From Anaeramoeba ignava BMAN (lineage: Eukaryota > Protista > Anaeramoebae), in assembly GCA_028826165.1 (NCBI GenBank), contig JAPDFW010000119.1, positions 62,001 through 126,000 of the forward strand: a stretch of 64,000 nt of DNA, in the 5' to 3' direction. Made by a program: the position numbers and the translations under genes. Numbering within the stretch: position 1 is the stretch's first letter; every line of letters starts with the position of its first letter. The notes beneath the pieces were generated by a model. It saw nothing but the letters and a program-made list of their open reading frames with translations. It was not told where the DNA came from and did no database searches. This document shows, piece by piece, positions 13,311 to 28,578 of the stretch.

Positions 13311-14459
13311 AGCAAATTTTTAATTTTAATTTTAATTTTTATTTTTATTTTTGATTTTAAATTTTTAAATTTTAATTTTAATTTTTTTATTTTAATTTTA
13401 AAATTTAATTGATTAATTGATTGATTAATTTAATTGATTGGTGATTAATTATTTGATTTATTGACATTGATTGATTAATTATTGATTTGATTGATTATTG
13501 ATTTAATTGATTGATTGATTGGATTTGCATTGGTGATCGATTGGTGATTGATTGATTGTTAATTGGAAATTGGATGGATTTCATGGAAATTTATTGATTT
13601 ATTGGTATTTATTGATTGATTATTGATTATTATTAATTTATTTTAATTTAAGTGATTGATTTATTTATTTTGATTTAATTTTAATTTATTTTATTTAATT
13701 TATTGATTAATTTTAAAATTTATTTAAAATTTATTTAATTTTGGCATTAATTTATTTTAATTGATTAATTTAAAATTGATTTGGTTGATTTGGCATTTGA
13801 TTTTTGCATTGATTGCATTAATTTAAAATTTCCAAGCATTAATTTTAGGTAATTTTTTACTGACATTATTTTTAAAAATTAAAATTTGCATTTTTAATAA
13901 TCATTTAATTTAATTAAAATTAATTAATTATTTAATTATCAAATTTTAATTGATTATTTAATTTAATTTGGATTAATTAAAAAGCATTTTAAATTTTTAA
14001 TTTTAAAATTTTAGGTAATTGCATTTAAAATTTAATTTTGGTGGTGGTGGTAATTTTAATTTTGAATTTCAATTATTTAGTAATTAATTAATGCAAATGA
14101 GTGGTCGATTTTGAATTTCAAATTGGTAACCGGGTATTGATTAAATTTATTAAAAAATTATTGGATTATTGACATTTAATTTACAATTGGTATTTTTGGT
14201 AATTGGTAATTAATTGGACATTTTATTATTCGGTAATTAATTTTAATTTTAATGATTAATGGATTTGGTAATTAATAATTAATTGATTGATTGATTAATT
14301 AATTGATTGGTAATTGGTAATTAATAATTAATTGGTAATTTTATTGATTAATTGATTTAATTGATTGTAATTGGTAATTGGATTAATTTATGGATTATTG
14401 ATTGATTGATTATTTTGATTGATTGATTGGATTGGATTAATGGTGATTGGTTGATTAAT

Positions 14460-14460
<1 letters not shown>
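13310..14460. repeat. Degenerate (ATTG)/(AATTTT)-derived low-complexity tract, possibly low-quality consensus
   Basis: Irregular mix of the flanking repeat units; no ORF. Confidence 0.55.
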
Positions 14461-14732
<272 letters not shown>

Positions 14733-14939
14733 TGATTTTTCTTTTAAAAAAGGAGAAAAAAAAAGGAGAAGAAAAAAGGAAAAAAGCAAAAAATAAAAAA
14801 TTTAAATCAAAATTTTATTAATTTCCTTAAATTTAATCTTATTCGTTTTTTTCAAAGTTGATCCAAATGAATTAATTATAGATTTAATTAAAAAAAATTG
14901 TGAAAAAAAGTGTCCAAAAAAAATAATAAAAAACAAAAA

Positions 14940-14977
14940 AATTTTTTTTATTCATTTTTTTCATTTTTTTTTTAAAA
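14940..14977 (+). promoter_or_regulatory. Example of the tandem TCATTTT initiator-like motif found just upstream of most ATGs
   Basis: TTCATTTTTTTCATTTTTTT..AAAAATG; similar motifs precede the ATGs at 358, 2525, 4246, 26666, 28579, 31696, 53550 and several minus-strand starts. Confidence 0.55.
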
Positions 14978-17900
14978 ATGGAATTAAATAATTTAAAACA
15001 AAATTTAATTCAAATTTTCCTTTTAATTGATCCTAAAAAGAAAAAAGAAAAAGAAAAAGTTTTCATTGTTATTCCTCAAAAGCAAAAACAAAAGCAAAAA
15101 CAAAAACAAAAAGAAAAAGAAAAACAAAAAGAAAAAGAAAAAGAAATTGAAAAAGAAAATGAAATTCATGAAATGGATCAACTAAACAAACAAAATGAAT
15201 TCATTTGGTATTTGCAACTTGATTTAAACAAAATATTAGAAGTTCCTTTTTATTTTGTTATTACTGAAGATTCTTCCAATAAAAATATCCTTCAATTTGG
15301 TGATTTAATAGAAAGAAAAATCCATTCAAATTCACTTTGTTTTGCTTTTTTTGAATTTGGAAAAGAATCAAATCAAAATTATCCAGTTTTTATTCACTTT
15401 TGTGAAAAATTTGAATTAAAAGATAAAGAATTTGAAGAATTTAAATCAATTTTTGGAAAATCAACAGAAAATAAAAGTTTAGAAGATGTTGAATCATTTT
15501 ATAACCTTTATCAAAAATTTATTCAAAGTTTAAATCCAGAATTTTTTTCATTCCTTTCAGATATTTTCCCTATAAAAGAAGTAAGAGATGGTGTTCCAAT
15601 TTTTAATGATCAATTATTCAATTTTATGAAAGATAATACAGACGATTGGAGTAATGTAATGGAATTGATTGATGAAGAGTTTTTTATTTTTGAAGCACCT
15701 TTTGTTTATATTCAGAGTAGACTTGAAAAATTTTTATCAGAAGAAAAATCAAGAATTACAACTTTAAGCAATTTAATTAATTTAATCAAAGAAAATGAAA
15801 AAAATTGGAAAAAGAAATTATCACTTGGATTTAATCAAGATCAACAATCAAAAACTATTAAACAAATTTTCATTTCGTTACCAGAAATTATTAATTTAAT
15901 CAAACAAAAAATTGAAACACCTAAAAAAAAAGCATCCAAAAATTTAGAAAATATTTTATCTAACTCCAATAAAATATTTAAATTTGAAATTAAAGATGAA
16001 ATTGAATTTGAATGTGAAATTTTTAAATTAAAAGAGAAAAATGATCAAAATAAATTTTCTTTCAAGATTTTGTTGATATTAATATGCTATTACTTGAAAA
16101 TGAAGAAAAGGATAAAAAAGTACAAAGATTTACTCATTATATTCCACTTAATCAAGAAATGATTAATTTATTTGATTATTTCAAGAAATCAATTCATCCT
16201 AAATTCATTAAAGGCTATTCTATTAAATATGAAATTAAATCAAGAAACAGTTTGCAAAATATAATTGATGAAATGAGAAAATTGAAAGATAAATGGACAA
16301 AAATTGAAAAAGAAGTAATTAGAAAATATTTTTACAGTTTCTTTTATTCTTATGAACAAATCAAAATTATTTACAATTCTCTTAAATCAAATAATGGAGA
16401 TGAAATTAAAAAAATTAAACCAATTCTTAATTTATCAAAAATTAATTCAGAATTTAAATGGGAAAGAAATGAAAAGAAGAAGAAGAAGATTTTAAATTAT
16501 TTATTCAAGAATTACATCAAAAACTTGAAAATCAATTTGATCAAATTAAAGAAATTTATAATGCACTTAAATCAAAAAAATCAAAAGAAATTGAAAAAAT
16601 AAGACAATCTCTTTATTTATTAGGAATAGATGAAAATTTTAAATGGAAAAGAGATAAAAATAATGAATCAAAAGATTTCCGTTCTTTCAAAAGAAAATTA
16701 ACAGATATTCAAACAAAAAAAAAAGAATCAAAATCACAAAATGAACTTCAAAAATTATTTTCCACAAATTGGCCACCACAAAATCAAGAACCAATATTTG
16801 TTATTCGAATTCAAAAAGAAATGGAAATTTATGAATTTCTCACAACATTATATCTTAAATACACAAAAAAATTCCCAACAAAAGAACAAATTCTTTTTTG
16901 TAACAAAAACACAACTGAAGATGATATTTCCAGATTTATTATTTTATTTAAAAAATCACAAACATTAATTGATGATCAATTATTTTCAATAATTTTCCCT
17001 CATAAACTTTCTAAAACATTACAAAAAATTTTGATTTCAAAACTTAAAGCAACAAGAAGACATAATTCACAAAGCAAAACAAAAATCAATAATGTTGTTT
17101 TCATTAGAAAATTCAAATGAAACAAGAAATTATTTGAGTTCTTTCTTCACAAGTTTAAAACAAGATCAAATTCAAAATGAATTTAAATTGGAAAAAGCAA
17201 AAAAGAAGAATAAAGATTATCAAGAAACAAAAATATCAAAGCAAATAAGATTTATTCAAAAAGAATGGGAAGAGGAATTTCCAGAAAGATCTGACAAAAT
17301 GAAAGTATTCATTTCAGAATTAGCAGGTTCTGGTAAAACATTCCAAATTAGAAAAGAATTATTTGAAATCAATTCCAAAAAAAAAAATAAAAAAAATCCA
17401 TATAAATATTGCCATATTGATATTCTCAAAGATGATCCAAAATCATTAATACAAAAATTAATAGAAGAAGAACACAAATCACCAAATTCAAGAAAATGTT
17501 TCCATTTTGATTTAGCTTATTCTGTTGGAAATGAAACAGCTGAGTTAATTTGGTTATTATTAATATTTGGAAATATTGAAGATAAAAGATGTTCAAATCC
17601 TGATTCTACTTTCATTTTTGAACTAGATAAACACTTGTTTTATTTTGAAATTCCAAGCTCACGAGTTAAAGATTCTGAATTTGGATTAAAATATTTCCCA
17701 TCTCTTAAATTTATTGAACAAAAAGAATGCAAAACATATTCAGAAACTATTTGCAAATATAAATATGAAATTGATGAAAACCAAATTACTATTCAAAATA
17801 TTAATGAAAATATGATGATTTGTTCAAATTTTTTAAAACAAAAAAAAGAAAATTTTAATAATCTAAATTTTGCAAAAAGAGATGAAATTTTACTAAATTC

Positions 17901-20900
17901 ATATTATAATCCAAAAAAATTATTTGATAAAACTCTTAAAATTAATAGAATTAATGAAAATGAAGCAACTTTTATGCTATTAAACAATTTTTGGAATTTA
18001 TTTGGATTTTATATTAAATCAATTAAAGATTGGAATGATTTTTATCCAGAAACAACAAGATTATTTGCAAACAGAAGAGAAATGGCTCAAGAATTCAGAA
18101 ATTCAATTTCAAATTTAATAATTGAAACAATATTTACAATTAATAAAAGATCATTTTCTTCAACTGAAATTATTGAAAAAGAATCTCAATGTAATAAATT
18201 TACAACATCTTTATCATGGGATGAAAAAATGGAAGATTCACAAATTGTAACTTTTTCAAGAAATCAAAGAGAACAACCAATTGATTATTTTAAAGTTCTT
18301 TCTCAAAATGAAATCACAAACCCATTTTTTTCTGAAGAAATACAAAATATATTAAGATTAAGAAATATTACATTTGGACCTATTTCAACAGAAAATCAAT
18401 ATGCAATTCAAGAAAATTTAAATTTCCTTTTAAAAATTGGAGATACACAAAATAGATTACCTCTTTTACCAAATATTATCAATAATTTAAATTATAGATT
18501 AACAAACGATAATTTTATCAAATGTGTTTTAATTCAACAAAGATTATCTTCAGGATTACCAGTTATTATATTAGGAGAAACAGGATGTGGAAAAACAAGA
18601 TTAATCAAATTTCTATTTCAAGATTTACTTGGAAAACCTTTAAACATTTTAGATATTCATGGAGGAACAACAGAAGAAATGATAAGTGAAATAATTGAAG
18701 AAAAGTTAGCAAACAGAAGAGAAAATATTCCACAAATATTTATTTTTGATCAATTTAATACAGCTTCCAAAGAATGTATTTCATTAATGAAGAATTTAAT
18801 TATTGATAGAATTTATAAAGGAAAAACAGTTCCAAAAGAATTTCAATTTATTGCAATTGCAAATCCTTATAGAAAAGCAATTCAAATTCAAATTCAAAAT
18901 GAATTTGAATTTGAAAATCAAAAGAAATGAAAATGAAAATCAAAATCAAAATGAATTTGAATTAAGATCAAAAGAAGTTAAAAAATTACAAAAAGCTATT
19001 TATCAAGTTAGAGAAATTCCTGATTCATTTTTTGAGCATATTTTTGATTTTGGATCACTTGATGATGAAAGTGAAAAACTTTATTTAAATGAAATGATTA
19101 AACAAAAATTTAGGAATAATTGGGGATTTACTCAAAATGAAATTAATCAATCAATTGAACTTTTTAGGCATTTACTTTTAAAATCACATCTATTTGTAAA
19201 ATTAAAATCATTTGATACAAAAAGTTCAATTTCAATTAGAGATGCAATAAGAACAATTAAAATTTGGGAATATCTTTTGAATGATGATTTAACATTTAAC
19301 CTTTTTATTAAATCTGAAGAATTTGAAACAATGGAGCAATCTAGATTGCAACAAAAGAAAAGGAAAATGATGATTGGAATTATTTTATCAATTTTTATAA
19401 GTTATGGATGTAGATTTTCAGTTAATCTAAGATCAGATTATTATTCATACATTTTGCAAGATATTCAAATTACTCCATTTTTTAAAGACATTAGGCCAAA
19501 ATTCCCAAAAACAAAAAATGAATTTTTAAATGTTATAAATCAACTCAGAACACAATTCTTTAAGGATATTGATGATAATTTAGATTTAAAATCACAAGGA
19601 ATTGCAGCAAATGAAGCATTAACAGAAAATTTATTAGTTGAATTTATTTGTATTCAAACCAAAATTCCTTTATTCATAATTGGAAAACCAGGTAAATTAA
19701 AAATTAAAATTAAAATTAAAATTAAAAATTAAAATTAAAATTAAAATTAAAATTAAAATTAAAATTAAAATTAAAATTAAAATTAAAATTAAAATTAAAA
19801 TTAAAATTAAAATTTAAATTAAAATTAAAATTAAAATTTAAATTAAAATTAAAATTAAAATTAAAATTAAAATTAAAATCAAATTAAAATTAAAATTAAA
19901 ATTAAAATTAAAATTAAAATTAAAATTAAAATTAAAATTAAAATTAAAATTAAAATTAAAATTAAAATTAAAATAGGAACTTCAAAATCATTATCAATCG
20001 ATATTTTAAAGAATTGGTTAAGTAATTCATCAAATAATAAATATGTTAGAGAAGGAAAACTTAAAAGAATTCGAGTTTTCCCATTACAATGTTCACCTCA
20101 AACAACACCAAGAGATATAGAAAAAATATTTGAACAAGCAAGAAACTATAAACAACAACAAAGAGAATATTTAGAAAATCAAGAATATCAAGAAAATCAA
20201 GAAAATCAAGAATTTCAAGAATTTCAATATCAAAGAAGAGAAAATATTCCAGTTGTTTTGTTAGATAAAGTTGAACTTGCAGAAATGAATTCAGAATTCC
20301 CATTAAAAGTATTACATAAAGAACTTGAATTATCTAATCAAGATGCAAGAAGAGATGAAGACAAATTCCCAATTATTGCAATTTCAAATTGGAGGCTTGA
20401 TGCAAGTAAAACAAATCGAGGAATATTCCTTCAAAGAAATGATCCAGATAAAGAAGAATTAAAAGAAACAGGAAAAACAATTTTTGAATCAATTTTCATT
20501 GAATCAATTTATAAACCAAGTAAAAAGAAATTCAAAATACCAGAAAATTTTGCAGAAATTTATCTTGAAATATTTCAAACACAACAAAAAAAAATCAAAG
20601 AAACTGAAGAAAGTGAAGAAAGAATAATTAGGGAAAATTTCTTTGGATTAAGAGATTTTTATTATTTAATTAAAATGATTGGATATGATTTGAAAGATAA
20701 AAAAGAGAAAGATAGAAAAAAGAAATGTTCAAAACAAGAAATTTTAGAAATTGTTTTTCAATCATTTCTCAGAAATTTTGGAGGAGCACCTAAACAATTT
20801 TTTGATGAGATTATAAAACCATTATTAGAAAAATATGGTTATTGGAATGATGATATAATGGAAAAAAAATCAACAATGAACCTAATTACTGATAATTTAG

Positions 20901-23900
20901 AAATCAATCCAAATGAACGAAAAATAAAATCAAGACACATAATGATAATTTGTGAAGAAATGGCAATTCTTCCATTAATTATTGAAAAATTGAAAAAAGA
21001 TGTTAAAGAAAGAAACATTAAACTTTTATATGGATCATATTTCAATGAAGATAAAGAAATTCAAACTTATTATGATTTGAAAAATGTTGCCAATTCAATT
21101 GCTGATACAAATATTATTGTTTTATGTAATCAAGAACAATTATTTGAACCATTATATGATGTATTAAATCAAAAATATACATTTATTGGGAATAAATATA
21201 TTTCAAATGTAAGTTTTGGAGCATCAACAACAAGAGTATTTATTAATCCAACATCAAGAATTGTTGTTATTATGCCTAAAGAAAGAGCTTATACAGATTT
21301 ATCACCAGCAATTTTAAATCAATTTGAAAAGCAACTTGTTACTTCAAATGATATTCTTAATGAGATAGGGAAAAATTATCAACAAGAAATACAAAATTAT
21401 TTTGGAAGAATCAAAAAAATAACATCAACAAAAACATCACAATTATTAGCAGGTTTCCATCCTGATTTAATTTCTTCTCTTTCATTCAAATTACAAGAAA
21501 AAGAATCAAAATTAACAAAACATAAAGCAATTCCTCATCAAAATTATTGGCACAAAATTGCTAAATTAGGAACAATGATTCATCTTAAAAAATATTTACA
21601 ACAAAAGCAAGAACATTATTATCGTTTAAATGAATTTGGAGAAATACTTCAAAAAGATTTGGATAATTATAGTCAAAATACAGCATCAGATTTAAAAGAT
21701 TTACTTAATAAAATATCAAAAAAGGAAAATGAAAATAATTTGATTATTTTAACAAATTCACCACCATTTGATTTAGAGAAATTTTGTAAAAAGGAAACCA
21801 AAAATTACACATTAATCAATGTTACAAATTTTGAGAAAACAGATGATTTTAATAACTCAATTAATTATCATTTAAAAAAAGAAAATAAAAAAGCAATTTT
21901 CATTCAATTTGAAGTATCTTCAGATAAAAACATTATGAAATCATTTCAACATATTAAAAGTTTAATTGAATCTAATGAAAATTTTGAGAAAAAAGAAAGA
22001 CAAACTATTATTCTTTTTGTTCATCTTTCATCAAGTGAAAACCAAACATTCCGAATTTGTTTTGAAGAAAAATGGGAAATATATTATTTAGATGATTTAA
22101 ATCCAGATTTTAAAACAATTGATACATTTCTTCTTCCTTTTGATCAAATTTATGAAGAAAAAGAAAAACAAGAAAAACAAGAAGAATCAAATTTATTTCA
22201 TAAAATTTATCAATTATCCTTACAAAAATTAAACAAAAACATTGATGAATTTGATAAAATTTTTGAAGAATTATTAAAAGAAAAATTTAATGAAAGTTTG
22301 AAAAGCAACAAAATAAAAAATGAATGGGATAAAATAACAGAATCAATTTATCTTAACAAAGAATCACAAATTTCATTTGAATCAATTAATTCAAGTTTCA
22401 ATAGGCATATTCATAATTTTTCAGTTCAAATTTTAGTAAATATTATTAAAGAAATTGATCAATTTAATAATTTAAAAACATTAACTAAAGAAAACAAAAA
22501 AATATGGGAAATATGTATGAAATATTTTGAACCATTTAAATTTAATTACGCTAAATTAAATATAATCCAAAATATTCAATTCCCATTTAGTTTTTATTTT
22601 TATTCATCAAAAAGAAAATCTAATGAAAAAGAAAATCTAAATCTAAATCAAAATCAAAATCAAAATCAAACATTCCAAGAAATTGATCAAGAAATGAAGA
22701 AAAAGAAAAATAACAAACAATTCATTGAAAAATTAATTATCAATTATTTCACAGATTTTGTGAAATATTCATTATCTCCAAAATATTTACAAACTTATCA
22801 AGAATTAGAAAAATTTGGAAAATTTAATCCATATGATATATTATTTCCAAATGAAGAAGAAAAACCAAAAAGTTTAATTGAATTAGAAACAAAAACAATA
22901 GAAATCAAAAAGAAGAAAGAATGGAAAGATTTCATTTCAATTATTGAACTTGGAGAATTATTGAAAGAATTTGGTCTTAATTTAGAAATTTTGGAAAAAG
23001 CTGAATTTAATAAAAAGAAACTTATTGAAAAGATTATTTCACAATTAAAATCACTTTCAGAATCTAATTTAGATATAAGATACAAATTTATCCAAAAATC
23101 AAAAAATGCCAAGAAAATAATTGAAGAATTAGAAGATGAATATGAAAAAGAAGATTTATTACAAAAATGGGAAGATATTGAATTTAATACTTTATTAATA
23201 ATTTGCAAACTTCCATATAAATCACGAGAAAAATTTAAATCAAAAGAATTTACAAATCCAAACTTTTTAATTCAAATTATTTCTGAATGTTATTCAAATG
23301 AAGAAAGTAAAAAAGTGATAACAGAAGTATATAAATTAATTACAAGATTTATTTTGGATTCTTTATTTTTAAGATTTGTAACAAGTGAAGATAATGAAAA
23401 TGAAAGTGATGATGAAAATTATGATGAAAGTGATGATGAAAGTGATGAAAATGAAAGTGATGAAAGTGATGAAAGTGATGAAATTGATGAAAATGATGAA
23501 AATGATGAAAATAATGAAAATGATGAAAGTGATGAAAGTGATGAAAGTGATGAAAGTGATGAAAATGATGAAAATGATGAAAATAATGAAGATAATGAAA
23601 GTGATGAAAATGATGAAAATGATGAAAATGATGAAAATGATGAAAATGATAAAAATAATGAAAGTGACGAAAGTGATGAAAATGATGAAAATGATAAAAA
23701 TAATGAAAGTGGTGAAAGTGGTGAAAGTGATGAAAGTGATGAAAGTGATGAAAGTGATGAAAATGATGAAAATGATGAAAATGATGAAAATGATGAAAAT
23801 GATGAAAATAATGAAAGTGATGAAAGTGATGAAAGTGATGAAAATGAATATAATGAAACAAAGAAAAACTTATTGGATTATCTAAAAGCATTCACAGAAG

Positions 23901-26077
23901 AAATTATAAAAGAACCAAAATTATCTAAAAATATTCGAGATTTACCTCTTAAAATTATTAGATTTATGATATTTTATTTCGAGAATAAATTCCCAAATAT
24001 TTTACAAGGAATGAAATTTGGAAAAATAGAATTAAATCAGAAAGAAACATATCATAATTTATTAGCTGAAAAATATCTTGAATATTTAATTAATACTTCA
24101 AATCAAAAATCAAATTCAAAAAGAAAAAGAAAATCAAAAAGAATTATTAAATGAAATTAAGAATATTGTTACAAATTCAACTAATTTTAATCAAGAAAAA
24201 TTTGAAGAAATTTCAAAATTCCATTTAAAATTAAATTCGAATGCAATATTATTAGAAAAGAAAATTGAAATAAGAAAAATAATATTATCATTGGAACAAA
24301 ATCTTAGAAAAGAAATTAAAAATTAAAAAAAAATGCAAAAGAACCAAATTCAATGAAATCATTTTTTGAATTATTAGAGAAAATCATTTTAAATCAAAAA
24401 ATTGAAAATGAAGAAGAATTTAAAAACATTTCCAAATCATTTTATAAAGAATTACCAAAAGATGAATATTTAAAATTAACATTCAAAAAGAATATTAATC
24501 AATTATTATCCAATTTTCTCAAATGTCAAGAAATATCAATCAAAATGAAAAAGAATAAAACAAAAACATTTGATCAAATTATAAAAGAAATTATTCAAAC
24601 AAGTCAAAAAGAAAAACAATTTATTATATCTAATTTACCTAAAGAAAACAAAATTTGGTGTTGGTATTCTTTCCCTAAAATTGGAATTGAAAAACTTATT
24701 TCATTATTCAATCAAAATCAAAATCAAATTGAAAAGGAAAATCCAATTTCTCATTTTTATTTTGAAAATTATGAAAAATTTGAAATTATAAGTAAATTCC
24801 CATCATTTTTCCAATATTCCAAAGCAATATTAAATTCAAATCAAAGATTCAAGAAAAAATCAAAAATTAAAGATTTATTAAAAGAAAATCAAGAAAATTT
24901 TGAAGAATTTTGTCAAGTTTGGAATTATGAACAATTACAAAAAGAAATTAAGAAAAACAAAATGATTTCAACAGAAAAATTTATCAAAGAAATTCCAAAT
25001 TTTGAATTAGAATTAGAATTAGAAAGAATATTTGAAAAGTGTATTGAAATTTACAACAATCTTATTTCTAAAATTTCAACACAATTATTAATTAATCCCA
25101 AAGATTTTATTACTCAACAAATTGATTTAGAATCAAAAAAGAGAATAGATTTCCCAAATATTTTACAATTAACAACAAAAACAACTGAAGAATTTATTAT
25201 TAAAAATTTAATTGAAGAAACACAAAGTCTTCATTTATTAGAGGATTATTTAGAATCACAATTTATTTCAATTCAAGTTCATAAATTAGAACTCTCAGAA
25301 ATCAGAACACCTCCAATTCCAGATATTAGAAAAGAAATATTGGAAAAAGTAGAAAACAAAATCGGAAATGAAAAAATCATTATATTAATTAAAAGATAAT
25401 CTTGTTAAAAATTAGATTCATTCAGAATATTAGAAAATTTTGGATATTTTGCTTATGTTTTGATTAATTATTTTGCAGAAGAAGATGAAGAAGACAAAGA
25501 AAAAGAAAAAGAAAAAGAAAAAGAAAACAAGAACGAGAACTTAATAAGATTAAAGAATTTAGTATTATTGATTTTATTATTAAACCTGAAAATCAACAAA
25601 AAAAACAAAAAGAAAATCCCATTTATAAAGAATTATTTCAATTAAATCAAATTAGATTATTTCAAGGAGTAAGAGAAAATATTGATAAATGTTTAAGTTT
25701 TAAGAAAATTAAAATTTCTCAATTAGTTCATTTATTTCAAGAAATTGTTAAAGAATTAAATCATCCTTCTCGAGTTTTACCTGAAGAATATCAAGAACAA
25801 TTATCATATCAAGAAAAACAAAATTAAAGCAGAATTCCAAAAATTGGAAACTAAAATTAAAAACAAATTATTTGAAGGTTTAAATAAATTAGTTAAATAT
25901 TTAAAAGAAAAACCAAAAAAACCTTCAATTAAAGAAGATGAAATTTTTGATGAATTATTTGCTAATGATTTCATTGGTTTTGAAGATATAAAAAAGTTTG
26001 AAAACTTTCCAAAATTAAAATTATCAAAATTAGTTCATTTTTACAGATTTTGCGAAGATAATTTAGAATCAAACTAA
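14978..26077 (+). CDS. RNF213/mysterin-like giant dynein-type AAA+ protein (~3600 aa); one intron (19692-19976) and about ten apparent frameshifts, possibly a pseudogene
   Basis: Ordered RNF213-type motifs: SELAGSGKT, SGLPVIILGETGCGKT, FIAIANPYR, YQVREIP, FDFGSL, SISIRD, IAANEALTEN, IPLFIIGKPG|TSKSLS, LQCSP, PLKVLH, ISNWRLDASKTNRG, FFGLRDFYYLIK, RNFGG, LYDVLNQ. Confidence 0.9.
19692..19976 (+). other. Phase-1 GT-AG intron of (AAAATT)n splitting the Walker A motif GKPG|TSKS
   Basis: CCA G|GTAAAT ... AAATAG|GA ACT TCA AAA TCA. Confidence 0.9.
23385..23850 (+). repeat. Coding 9-bp repeat (GATGAAAGT/GATGAAAAT)n giving an ~155-aa acidic DES/DEN tract
   Basis: In frame within ORF 20258-24154. Confidence 0.95.
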
Positions 26078-26302
26078 ATCAATTCAAAAGAAACAAAAGA
26101 AAATCAAAACAGAAAACAAGCAAAATAATTCAAATTCCAAATTCCACTTTTTTTTTCAATTCTTTTTTTTCAATTCTTTTTTTTCAATTCCATTTTTTTC
26201 AATTCAATTTTTTTCAATTCAATTTTTTTCAATTCAATTCAAATCAAAAATAAAAAGAAAAAAAAGAATTCATTTTAATTTTATTGATTGAATTGTTTTT
26301 AA

Positions 26303-26594
<292 letters not shown>

Positions 26595-26665
26595 TTTTAG
26601 AATAATTGAAAAAAGTTTTTTTCATTTTTCATTTTTTCATTTTTCATTTTTTTTCATTTTTTTTC

Positions 26666-28441
26666 ATGGAAGAACAAAAAACAGAAAACAAAGAAAACAA
26701 AGAAGATAAAACAGAAAACAAAAGAAAGATAAAACAGAAAACAAAGAAAATAAAACAGAAAACAAAACAGAAGAAAATAAAACAGAAAATAAAACAGAAA
26801 ATAAAACAGAAAATAAAACAGAAAATAAAACAGAAAATAAAACAGAAGATAAAACAGAAAATAAAACAGAAAATAAAACAGAAAATAAAACAGAAAATAA
26901 AACAGAAAATAAAACAGAAAAATAAAACAGAAAATAAAGAAAATAAAGAAAATAAAGAAAATAAAGAAAACAAAACAAATGACAATAACTCAAAACAAAA
27001 CACAATTCCTCATATTAAAATTGAAAAGGAACAAATTGTCAAAAAAATTCAAGAAAAAAAAATGAAAGAAACAACAAAAACAAAAACAAAAACAACATCA
27101 ACAACAAAAAAAACAACAGAAGAAAAAAAATCAGGATTTTCAAAAATTAAAGGATTTTTTTCAGATGTTGGAACAAAAATAAAAAGTACTTTTCAATCAG
27201 AAGAAAAAGATGAAGAAAAAGATGAAGAAAAAGATAAAGAAAAAGAAAAAAAAGTTATTCGAATGGCTAAAAGTTCTCCTCCTTGGGTTGTTTTTGCAAG
27301 AGACCAAGAACAACGTGAAGAACTTCAAGCTCAAATTATTTTTTTATCTAAAGTGAACTTCATTTATTTAATATTATAATTAAAATTAAAATCAAAATTA
27401 AAATTAAAATTAAATTAAAATTAAAATTAAAATTAAAATTAAAATTAAAATTAAAATTAAAATTAAAATTAAAATTAAAATTAAAATTAAAATTAAAACT
27501 AAAATTAAAATTAAAATTCATTTATAAAATTAAAATTAAAATTAATTAAAATTAAAATTAAAATTAAAATTAAAATTAAAATTAAAATTAAAATTAAAAT
27601 TAAAATTAATATTCATTTATAAAATTAAAATTATAAAATTAAAATTCATTTATAAAATTGTTTTTGAAATTGTAATTAAAAAATGTTTTAGAGAACAAGT
27701 AATTTTACAACAAATTGTCCTTCTAATTTTTATTTTGATCTTGATGCACATATTCCAATGGCAAGAGCAGCTTTAAAAGCAGATAGAAGATTACAAAAAG
27801 TTAGATATTATTTAGTTCCAAATCGGTATTTATTATTACAAACAAAAAAAAAAAGAATTAAATATTGAAATAATTTTATTAAAATTTTTTTTTAAAAAGA
27901 ATTGATGAATTAAGTTTTTGGAAAAATTATTTTTGGAGAGTTTATACAATTACAAGAAATTCAGAAAAACTTAGACAAGAAATGACAAAAGACAAGAAAG
28001 AAGAAGTTGAACAAAAAAAAGAAGAAGTTGAACAAAATAATGTAAAATTTTAAAATAATTTAAAAATTTAATTTAAAAAATTAAAATTTGGATAAAAAAT
28101 TTATTCAAAAAAAGGAAAATAATGATGAACAAAAAAAACAAGATCCTCTTCAAGAAAATAAACCTTCAATTCAAACAGAATTTGTTAGTGAAGAAAACAT
28201 AAATCAAAATTTAAGTGAAAATCAAAAAGAAAAAGAAAAAGAAAATTTAAAAGAAAAAGAAAAAGAAAATGAAAAAGAAAATTTAAATGTAAATGAAAAT
28301 GAAAATTTAAATGAAAATTTAAATGAAAATTTAAATGAAAATAAAGATGGTGATGATGAAGATTGGCTTAAATCTTTAGAACAAGAATTAGGTTTCGATC
28401 AAAATGAAACTGAAAAAAAAGAAAATGAAGATAATAATTAA
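26666..28441 (+). CDS. BSD-domain protein (SYAP1/Sap47-like); exons ~26666-27352, 27692-27825, 27900-28041, ~28115-28441
   Basis: PPW..EELQAQIIFLSK|RTSNF..FYFDLD..MARAALKADRRLQKVRYYLVPNR|IDELSFWKNYFWRV; acidic tail DWLKSLEQEL; 12-bp coding repeat near the N-terminus. Confidence 0.88.
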
Positions 28442-28578
28442 TTAAAAAAAAATATTTTTTTTTCAAATCCACAAAAAAAAAAACAAGACGTTCCACTTTT
28501 TTTTTTTTTCAAAATCAAAATCAAAATTAAAATCAAAATTTATTTTTTTCATTTTTTTTCATTTTTTTTATTTTTTAA

